A stretch of 18,453 nt of DNA from Candidatus Micrarchaeia archaeon (GTDB lineage Archaea > Micrarchaeota > Micrarchaeia > Burarchaeales > JAVZCV01): positions 1 to 18,453 of the forward strand of contig JAVZCV010000024.1 of NCBI GenBank assembly GCA_038874215.1. The letters are read 5' to 3'. The notes below the pieces were generated by a model. The model did no database searches and was not told where the DNA came from. It saw nothing but the letters and a program-made list of their open reading frames with translations. Shown one piece after another: positions 8,199 to 15,442 of the stretch. Numbering within the stretch: position 1 is the stretch's first letter; every line of letters begins with the position of its first letter. Position numbers and translations under genes: made by a program.

Positions 8199-9044
8199 GG
8201 CCAGAGCCAAAACAGTGCATATGCCGAGAAGTATCGCCTGAGTTCTTGCTGTTTCGCCTCTCTCCAACGGTTCTTCCATGAGGTCTCTTCCGATTTTGTA
8301 AGCCCACAACACAAACAGCCCTACGAATGCCAGCTGAGTTTCCATATGCCCAAGAAAAACTAAAAGGAAAAGAACAAAATATGGGATAAGAAGCAGATAG
8401 AGAACAAGCCGGGCAGCCTCTTCCGGCCCATAAAAGACCGGGATTGTCCTTACTTTATATGCTTTGTCTCCAACGTAATCTTCAAAATCCTTGAGTATGT
8501 TGGCCGAGAATGCTAGAAGCGTTGTTATCGCAATTATTGGTATTGGTAGTAGGCTGATATCGGAATAAAGAACCCATCCATACGTTATGGGGAAGAATCC
8601 ATAATGAAGTCCAACGACAAGGTTTGAGATTATAAATGCGTTTTTTAACCTTATAGGGGGCAGTGAATAGAGTATTGTAAGCAAAGTATCAGCAAGCACC
8701 AACCAAGCAAATATGTTGTTTCTCACTATGAAAAACGAGATGAATATGGAGATGAAATAAAGGACCGCAGAAAATACGAGCACAATAGTAGGGGATAGTC
8801 TTCCGGCGGGTATGGACCTGTATGGTTTGTTTATTCTATCTATATCCCTGTCAAAAACTGCATTAAACGAATTAAAAGCGGCAACTATGAGCGGACCCAC
8901 AACAAGCAAGGGCCATATAATCTCGTATTCTGGTATTTTTTTTATTGCAAGATAAACACCACACAAAAAACCTGCAATTGATATCCAATAATGTTGTGGC
9001 ACAGTAGTTTCTAAAAAATCAATAAGCTTTCCCGCCGCACTCAT
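8187..9044 (-). CDS. UbiA-superfamily membrane prenyltransferase, substrate unknown
   Basis: Multiple hydrophobic helices; NAVFDRDIDRINKPYRSIPAG, YSLPPIRLK and KDFEDYVGD...RTIPV motifs. Start is ATG 9044 or GTG 9056 (overlapping the V4R stop). Confidence 0.9.
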   Translation of the reverse strand: MSAAGKLIDFLETTVPQHYWISIAGFLCGVYLAIKKIPEYEIIWPLLVVGPLIVAAFNSFNAVFDRDIDRINKPYRSIPAGRLSPTIVLVFSAVLYFISIFISFFIVRNNIFAWLVLADTLLTILYSLPPIRLKNAFIISNLVVGLHYGFFPITYGWVLYSDISLLPIPIIAITTLLAFSANILKDFEDYVGDKAYKVRTIPVFYGPEEAARLVLYLLLIPYFVLFLLVFLGHMETQLAFVGLFVLWAYKIGRDLMEEPLERGETARTQAILLGICTVLALALFS

Positions 9045-9052
9045 CCTCCCCC

Positions 9053-9613
9053 TCACTTGTCCCCTCGTTTTGCTCTCATCTCTGCTATTTTATCTGGTTC
9101 TGCAACGAGCACATTACAATATGAATCACCCATAGCGACACAGTTCGTTTCTATCGCATCAACATCAAAATCAAGTGTTGAACAAAGACCGCCAGCTATA
9201 AAACCTGTTGTTATAATGTCAACAGGATAAGGAGCCTTACCATATTCTCTTGCAAATGGTCCCTCAATTATATGAACTCGCCACTCCTTATTTTCAAAAT
9301 CTATCTTAGATATCTCTAATCTCCCCCAACCCGCGCATGTTACTATATTGGTCTGCCATTCTAATAACTTTCTTCTATCTTTAAGACCGTATTTCACTAT
9401 AAATCTATCATTATATTGTTTTGAACTGTATTTCGCACTTTCATAAAGTTTCTCATAAGCTTTCTCATATCCGAGGTCTTTGATTAGGGTTTTCTGAATC
9501 TCCACAAGCATGCAAATCGGTATCATACATACTGGTAAACCCATCAGGTTTATGTCCCCATCCCCGAATTTAACGAGGTTTGCAATTCTGAATCTATCTA
9601 TTATTGATACCAT
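9053..9613 (-). CDS. Stand-alone V4R (vinyl-4-reductase-like) ligand-binding domain protein
   Basis: AGWGRLEI, PFAREYG...PVDIITTGFIAG and ETNCVAMGDSYC match the V4R pattern GWG...G..AG...E..C...G...C. Confidence 0.85.
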   Translation of the reverse strand: MVSIIDRFRIANLVKFGDGDINLMGLPVCMIPICMLVEIQKTLIKDLGYEKAYEKLYESAKYSSKQYNDRFIVKYGLKDRRKLLEWQTNIVTCAGWGRLEISKIDFENKEWRVHIIEGPFAREYGKAPYPVDIITTGFIAGGLCSTLDFDVDAIETNCVAMGDSYCNVLVAEPDKIAEMRAKRGDK

Positions 9614-9616
9614 CCA

Positions 9617-10390
9617 TTATACCTTTTTTTCAATAGACGAATCCACGACAATGCCATTACTTGTTATTTCCATAGGAAAAGCGGCTGTTGCCTGCCTTGT
9701 ATTCCTCATCTTCGGGATATACAGCGTTCTAAATCCCTCTTCCCCCTCTATATACCGTAAGACGATTATTCCATCAACAAGAAACTCAGACACAGTATCG
9801 CGGCTGTACCATTCGGCATCTTTGCTCAATTCAGAAGTTATCAGCGCCGTCATTTTCTTTTCTCTTATGAACTTAATTAATCTAAACATCGTTATCTTCT
9901 GAGTGGCATAGTCATCATTGCTAAAAAGCGTCAACGTAGATGCAGAATCCAAAACGAACCGCGTATACATTTTTTGTTTGAATTCCTCTTCAAGCTCAAC
10001 ATATATCATCTGATCAAAATAACGCTTCCATACATAACGTGGATGGTCAATCGGTAAAGGAAGTATGGATCTTATAACTTCTTCTTTTGTTTTGTAGACT
10101 TCTATAGCAGGCATATATGATCTGAGAGTTATAAGCCCCTTTTTAATGAGTTTATCCAGATCCCATCCAAAACGCCTTGATTGAAGTTTAATGTCTTCCT
10201 CTGTCTGCTCAAGGGAGACATAAAGACCTCTTTCCCCCCTTCTTGCTCCTTCTACAATAAATTGAAGAGAAAAGATACTTTTACCCGAACCTGGCGCTCC
10301 GCTAACCAATACAATAGCATTTCTTGGGATACCTCCCTCTATTAATTCGTCTAATCCCGGAATCCCGCTTTTTATTCTCTCTTCATCCAT
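9617..10390 (-). CDS. Single-domain KaiC-like / RAD55-family ATPase
   Basis: IKSGIPGLDELIEGGIP, Walker A GAPGSGKS, SLEQ, Walker B RFVLDS, ITSE, EFLVDGII, PKMR. Start moved from 10417 to ATG 10390, which follows SD GGTGA. Confidence 0.93.
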   Translation of the reverse strand: MDEERIKSGIPGLDELIEGGIPRNAIVLVSGAPGSGKSIFSLQFIVEGARRGERGLYVSLEQTEEDIKLQSRRFGWDLDKLIKKGLITLRSYMPAIEVYKTKEEVIRSILPLPIDHPRYVWKRYFDQMIYVELEEEFKQKMYTRFVLDSASTLTLFSNDDYATQKITMFRLIKFIREKKMTALITSELSKDAEWYSRDTVSEFLVDGIIVLRYIEGEEGFRTLYIPKMRNTRQATAAFPMEITSNGIVVDSSIEKKV

Positions 10391-10464
10391 TTGACTCACC
10401 AACAATATAAAGCACAAAGGCGTTTATAAATAGTGAAGTTATACTTGAAACAAAAGGTGGTTTT
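10391..10464. promoter_or_regulatory. Divergent promoter region kaiC-like / arsM with palindromic TATA box
   Basis: TTTATAAA (10423-10430) is self-complementary and lies 32 and 34 nt from the two start codons. SD motifs on both sides (GGTGA, GGTGG). Confidence 0.6.
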
Positions 10465-11217
10465 TTGAAAGAAGAAAAGCTGAAGAGAATAGTGAGAGAG
10501 GCTTATGGGAGAATTGCGAAATCAAGGTCAGATTCATGCTGTGGGGGAGGGGAGTGCAGTATAGCGAGAATGGCTTGTTATAGCGAGGAGGAGCTGAAGC
10601 ATGTTCCGAAGGACGCAGGCCTGATACTCGGGTGTGGCAACCCCGTGGCGATAGCATCTTTGAAGAAGGGCGAAACAGTGCTTGACCTCGGCTCTGGCGC
10701 AGGGCTTGATTGCTTTCTTGCGGCGAAGAAAGTCGGGAAGAGGGGAAAGGTGATAGGGGTTGACATGACGCCAGAGATGGTTGAGCGGGCTCGGGAAAGC
10801 GCAAGGAAGGGGGGTTATAAAAACGTTGAATTTCGGCTTGGCGAGATTGAAAACCTCCCAGTTTCAGACTCCTCTGTTGATGTCGTTCTTTCAAACTGCG
10901 TTCTAAACCTCGTTCCTAATAAGAGAAGGGCTTTTGAGGAGATTTTCAGGGTGCTCAAACCTGGCGGAAGGCTCGTGCTTTCCGATATCGTTCTCACTAG
11001 GGAATTGCCGAATGAAATAAAGAACTACAACGATGCATATGCGGCTTGTATCGCAGGGGCGATTACGAAGAAGAAATACCTCGGGCTGGTTAAAAAAGCA
11101 GGTTTTAAAGACGTGAAGGTAATGGACGAGGAGGTTCTGCCCGCCGACGTCATGCGGGCCTTTGGAATCGCTTCGGGTTCTGCTGTCCGCATAAGCATTT
11201 TGGGAAGAAAACAGTAG
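10465..11217 (+). CDS. arsM: Arsenite S-adenosylmethionine methyltransferase
   Basis: VREAYGRIA...SCCGG, LGCGNPVA, VLDLGSGAGLDCF, GVDMTPEM, GEIENLP, SNCVLNL, ACIAGA. TTG start after GGTGG. Confidence 0.92.
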   Translation: MKEEKLKRIVREAYGRIAKSRSDSCCGGGECSIARMACYSEEELKHVPKDAGLILGCGNPVAIASLKKGETVLDLGSGAGLDCFLAAKKVGKRGKVIGVDMTPEMVERARESARKGGYKNVEFRLGEIENLPVSDSSVDVVLSNCVLNLVPNKRRAFEEIFRVLKPGGRLVLSDIVLTRELPNEIKNYNDAYAACIAGAITKKKYLGLVKKAGFKDVKVMDEEVLPADVMRAFGIASGSAVRISILGRKQ

Positions 11218-11253
11218 CAAATGCGAATATCACTGGAAAGTTAGTCTCTGCGC

Positions 11254-11278
11254 ATCTATTTAAAGCCAGAAAATAGAT
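11254..11278. promoter_or_regulatory. 8-bp inverted repeat overlapping a TATA box (candidate operator)
   Basis: ATCTATTT-N9-AAATAGAT; TATTTAAA at 11257-11264 overlaps the left arm. Confidence 0.4.
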
Positions 11279-11329
11279 TAGGTTGGGGTGGAGAATACCA
11301 CGCGCGGGAGGGATAAATAGGGTGGAAAG

Positions 11330-11599
11330 ATGACTGTTGAGGATGAGATAGTGCATTGGTGGAAGGACGAGAACAATGAAAGCCACAGGAACATACTGCG
11401 GATAGAGAGCGAGAAGCCGCAGGTGGTAAACGGGTTCCCGCGCGACGGAGTGATTACGATAAGAATAATAAACGGCTCGGGGGCGCAGGCTATGAAACTG
11501 AGCCCTGACGAAGCCCTGAGGCTCAGCTCAGAGCTGATGGCGATATCAAAGGAGCTTCTCAATGCGAAAAGAGTTCTGTGGAACCAGCATGAGGAATAG
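11330..11599 (+). CDS. Small hypothetical protein (89 aa), predicted beta-strands followed by a long C-terminal helix
   Basis: Fills the gap between arsM and the PhoU gene, has SD-like GGTGG before ATG and its own upstream TATA, and has a natural amino-acid composition. No family recognised. Confidence 0.8.
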   Translation: MTVEDEIVHWWKDENNESHRNILRIESEKPQVVNGFPRDGVITIRIINGSGAQAMKLSPDEALRLSSELMAISKELLNAKRVLWNQHEE

Positions 11600-11680
11600 G
11601 CTTCAGGAAGCACGAGGAGAAGATGCACCCCTGATTTCGCAGGGATTTGTGGATTAATATATACCACTACTTACACACAA

Positions 11681-11690
11681 ACTTATATAA
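11681..11690 (+). promoter_or_regulatory. Putative TATA box of the leaderless PhoU-regulator gene
   Basis: ACTTATATAA about 21 nt before ATG 11712; no SD. Confidence 0.5.
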
Positions 11691-11711
11691 TTTTCTGAGT
11701 AAAAAAAATGC

Positions 11712-12689
11712 ATGCCAGTATGTAGAAGGGTTCAGCGCACGGGTACGGCTACGCACACCATCTCTCTCCCGAAAGAGTGGGTGAAGAGGCAGGGCATAAA
11801 GCCAGGCGCCGAGCTATACATTTTTGAGGAAGAGGACGGTTCTCTTTCAGTTAAAACGAGAGGAGAAGCGCATTCCGTTAGGAGCGCTGAGATAAACGTT
11901 GATGAAATCATAGAGCCAGTCCATCTCAGAAGGACTTTTCTTGCAAAATACCTGAAAGGATACAATGTGATTAGAATATACTCAAAGGGCAAGGGAATAC
12001 CAAGCGAGCTGAGAAGCGCCGTGATAGCAGAGGTTGATAGGCTGATAGGGGTAGAGGTTACAGAAGAGAAGAGCGATGAGATCGTTGTGCAGGACTTCTT
12101 CTCACACCAAGGGCTCTCCGTTGAGAAAACGATGAAAAGGGCTTATATGCTTGCCTCCGGGATGCAGGAGAATGCCGTGCGGGCATTCCTATATGGGAAT
12201 GAGAAAGTTGCCCGAGACGTCATAGCGATGGATGATGAAGTAGATAGGCTACGCTATCTTGTGACAAGGCAACTGAACCTCGCCCTAAGCGATTCGGGGC
12301 TCATGCGCTCGCTCGGGATAACTGCATCCGACTGCCTTGAATTTGCATCGCTCTCACGATGCATAGAGGGAATAGGCGATGAGAATGTGAAAATAGCCGA
12401 GAATACGCTTAAAGCTCTAAGAAAGAGGAGAGCTTTGCAGGATAGTGTGCGTACCATTGAGAGGAGGAACGATGATGCGGCACGAATACATTCCGGCGCG
12501 GTAAAGGCTTTTTTTGATAGGGACTTCATGCTTGCAAACAAGATGCTTGCACTCAGAGAAGAAATTGCAGATGAGGAAGCAGAAGTAGTGAAAAACGAGC
12601 ATGCACGCATGGTTGTGGAGAGCTTGGACAGAATAGCAGACTATGGGGCGGAGATAGCAGAGCTGGCTGTTGATAGAGTGAAAAAATAA
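11712..12689 (+). CDS. phoU: Archaeal phosphate uptake regulator: N-terminal AbrB-type DNA-binding domain plus PhoU domains
   Basis: RRVQRTG..THTISLPKEWV...GIKPG (AbrB), YLKGYNVIRI, IGVEVTEE, MDDEVDRL, IEGIGD, LDRIADYGAEIAE. Confidence 0.92.
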   Translation: MPVCRRVQRTGTATHTISLPKEWVKRQGIKPGAELYIFEEEDGSLSVKTRGEAHSVRSAEINVDEIIEPVHLRRTFLAKYLKGYNVIRIYSKGKGIPSELRSAVIAEVDRLIGVEVTEEKSDEIVVQDFFSHQGLSVEKTMKRAYMLASGMQENAVRAFLYGNEKVARDVIAMDDEVDRLRYLVTRQLNLALSDSGLMRSLGITASDCLEFASLSRCIEGIGDENVKIAENTLKALRKRRALQDSVRTIERRNDDAARIHSGAVKAFFDRDFMLANKMLALREEIADEEAEVVKNEHARMVVESLDRIADYGAEIAELAVDRVKK

Positions 12690-12765
12690 GGGCCGAACGC
12701 CTCACTGGAAACTCACCCATGCAAGCCTATAAAATTGTTCCATTAATTGTATTCTCGGTGTTGGC

Positions 12766-13809
12766 TTGAAAAAAAGCGAGGAAGATGCGATATTTGATGA
12801 GATAGCAGAGAGCATAATGGAGGCTGAAAGCAGAACCGTTACGATTGCCGAGGAGCTGCGTGGCTTGAAAAAAGAATTTCGGGATGCGCTTGAGCGGGAT
12901 ATGATTCATTTCGTTCAGCAGAATACTGCTGATTTTAGGGTCGCCGCTGTTGATGGCGGCCTTCTTGCAGAAGAGTTGCATGGTTTTGACCTTGTTCTTT
13001 CAAGGACAGTGGGAGTTTTTTACGAATACGATGAAGGCAGGCTTGCGAAATATGACTATTATCCCGAGCCCCAACCTCCCGTTAAAATGAGCGCGCTCAG
13101 CGGGCTTGACGCACACGAGTTTGCATGGCACAAATCACTCGTGCGCATGCAGGGCGAGATAGGGCTTGCGAGAGAAATGGTTGAGAAATTCAAGCCAGAC
13201 TACATGCTACTTGACGGCTCAATAGTCCCGCAGATAGCAGACAAGCCGTCAGAGGATTCCGTAGTAAGACCGCTATACAACGATCTGGTTTCCATGTGTA
13301 TCTCCCTTTACGAATCTGCGCATGAAAACGGATGTAAGCTTATCGGCGTAATAAAAGACAGCAGGGGCAGGCGCTTCATTGAGATGCTTGGGGAAGCAGG
13401 GATACAAACGATGCGCATGGGCGATACTTCTCTCCTGACATTCATGCTTAGGAAGGGCGAGAGGACATTCGCCTTCTACTACTCAAAGCAGGCAAGCGAG
13501 CACAACGTGCTTATGGATTTAGGGGACTGGGGAAAAAGGGTTAAGGCGATGTATGTAAAGCCCGTTGAAATAGACAGGCCGCTTAGGGTGGAGTTTATCT
13601 GCGATGACTTCCCCGAAATTGCATCTGTTATATATACTTTGAGCTGCATCAACAGAAACTACGGCTATCCCGCAATACTTATAGAGGCAGATATGCGGGC
13701 TGCTCTTGATAGAATAGAGCTTGAAAGGGCATACCGCAGCATTCTATCGCGCGTGGGCCCCCGTGCTAACATAATGAAACTAAGGAGGAACATGCGGCCT
13801 TTCAGGTAA
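12766..13809 (+). CDS. nurA: NurA 5'-3' nuclease (DNA double-strand break resection)
   Basis: VAAVDGG, E..LA, LLDGSI, GVIKDS, PLRVE, GYPAILIEAD. Directly upstream of herA. TTG start after GGTG, with TATAAAA at 12728. Confidence 0.92.
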   Translation: MKKSEEDAIFDEIAESIMEAESRTVTIAEELRGLKKEFRDALERDMIHFVQQNTADFRVAAVDGGLLAEELHGFDLVLSRTVGVFYEYDEGRLAKYDYYPEPQPPVKMSALSGLDAHEFAWHKSLVRMQGEIGLAREMVEKFKPDYMLLDGSIVPQIADKPSEDSVVRPLYNDLVSMCISLYESAHENGCKLIGVIKDSRGRRFIEMLGEAGIQTMRMGDTSLLTFMLRKGERTFAFYYSKQASEHNVLMDLGDWGKRVKAMYVKPVEIDRPLRVEFICDDFPEIASVIYTLSCINRNYGYPAILIEADMRAALDRIELERAYRSILSRVGPRANIMKLRRNMRPFR

Positions 13810-13813
13810 TGCC

Positions 13814-15352
13814 ATGTGTCCAAACGATGCAAACGGCAAGAATCCGATAGGCATAGTGATATCAACGTTAGAATCCCCCACAACTGATTCCTTCTCCTTT
13901 GTGCTTACCACCGAGACTGTTCGGCGTGGCCAGTTTGTGCAGACAGAAACAGACGACGGCTTGCTCATCGGTTTTATAACCGACATAACAAGAGCAAACA
14001 GGTATTTTGAGAGAGCCGAGAGCGTCGCAGAGTATGAGCGGCTCGGCGCAATGTCCCAATTCCCCACAATGGAATGGGAATACACTGTTGCAGACGTAAA
14101 GGCTCTCGGCGTATATACTCTTTTGAGCGATGGCAGGGCGATTTTTGCGAGGGCAAAATTCCCAGCATCACCAGGCGCGAAGGTCTACTCTGTTGATGAG
14201 AGCATACTCAAGGATTTCATAGGCCTTGATGAAAGGGGCTTAAACATCGGAAAGCTGGAAAACCACAATGTTGAAGTAAGGCTCTCAATGAGTAGGCTTC
14301 TCCAAAAGCATCTTGCGATACTTGCGATGTCTGGCGCTGGGAAATCCCATCTCGCCTCTGTTATAATAGAAGAACTGCTTGAAAGGAGGAAAGAGCACGG
14401 AAGGCTTGCCATAATAGTGATAGATGTGCATGGGGAATATGGGGGATTTAGACAGGGGCAGTATGCGAAGAGCACAACGGTGATAGATGGAAAGGAAATA
14501 AAAATCGCGCTATCAAAGCTCTCCCCATCGTCTCTTTTTGATTTCATGCCGAACATCTCTGGAACCGCCATGAGGGACCTGTCTTCAATTCTCTCCGAGA
14601 TGAAGAAAGAGGCAAAGGATAGCGGAAATTTTTTCGGCTTGCCGGATTTGATTGAACGAATAAAGATGAGCGACATGAAAGAGAGCACAAAAGGCGCCCT
14701 GCTTTCATGGCTTGATGCCCTAAAGTCTTTAAGGCTCATAGGAAAGGTAGAGCACCCGAGCCTTCAGGAGCTTGCAAAGCCAGGCCACCTTACGATACTT
14801 GACCTTAGCGATATAGACAACATGAAGAAAAAGCAGCTCATCGTCGCCCATATAGCAAAAAAGCTTTTCAAAGCAAGGAAAAAGGAGAAGGTGCCGCCCT
14901 TCCTTCTGCTCATAGAGGAATCCCACAATTTCGCCCCAGAAAAGGTTGCAAAAGAACATGGAATTTCAAAAGGGATAATAGAAACCATAGCGAGAGAGGG
15001 AAGAAAGTTCGGAGCGTCCCTCTGTCTTGTTTCGCAGAGGCCCGTTAAGCTGAGCACGACCGCCCTCTCGCAGTGCAATACCGCGATAATCCTGCGCGTA
15101 ACGAATCCTTACGATTTGAAGCACATTGGTGAGAGCTGCGAGGGAATAGACCAAAGGATGCAGGCAGCAATAACAACCCTATATGTTGGCGAGGCACTTA
15201 TAGTAGGAGAGGCGACGAACCATCCCATATTCGTTCGTGTAAGAGACAGAAAATCAAAAAAATCATCAAAAGGCCAGCCGCTTGAAGAGATTGCAAAGAG
15301 ATGGGAAGAGGCAGAGGATAAGAAAAAGGATGATGTTGAGGCGTTCCTGTAA
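13814..15352 (+). CDS. herA: HerA bipolar DNA helicase/translocase (HAS barrel + FtsK/HerA ATPase)
   Basis: N-terminal HAS-barrel-like region, KHLAILAMSGAGKS (Walker A), IDVHGEY, LLIEESHNFAP (Walker B), IAREGRKFG, VSQRP, LSQCNT. Confidence 0.95.
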   Translation: MCPNDANGKNPIGIVISTLESPTTDSFSFVLTTETVRRGQFVQTETDDGLLIGFITDITRANRYFERAESVAEYERLGAMSQFPTMEWEYTVADVKALGVYTLLSDGRAIFARAKFPASPGAKVYSVDESILKDFIGLDERGLNIGKLENHNVEVRLSMSRLLQKHLAILAMSGAGKSHLASVIIEELLERRKEHGRLAIIVIDVHGEYGGFRQGQYAKSTTVIDGKEIKIALSKLSPSSLFDFMPNISGTAMRDLSSILSEMKKEAKDSGNFFGLPDLIERIKMSDMKESTKGALLSWLDALKSLRLIGKVEHPSLQELAKPGHLTILDLSDIDNMKKKQLIVAHIAKKLFKARKKEKVPPFLLLIEESHNFAPEKVAKEHGISKGIIETIAREGRKFGASLCLVSQRPVKLSTTALSQCNTAIILRVTNPYDLKHIGESCEGIDQRMQAAITTLYVGEALIVGEATNHPIFVRVRDRKSKKSSKGQPLEEIAKRWEEAEDKKKDDVEAFL

Positions 15353-15442
15353 CCTAGCGTTTTTATCGGTAGCTCGCGCCCCCCCCAAATTTCAATAAGA
15401 GTATTTAAAAAAGAAAAAAGCAATTGGTCTATAAGTGATGGG

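Noticed and set aside
9617-10390. True circadian clock KaiC
   Set aside because: Single ATPase domain, no ST phospho-site pair, and no kaiA/kaiB nearby.
15379-15386. C8 homopolymer upstream of the membrane-protein promoter as a phase-variation tract
   Set aside because: Short, lies upstream of the TATA rather than within a spacing-critical or coding region, and length variation cannot be shown from one sequence.
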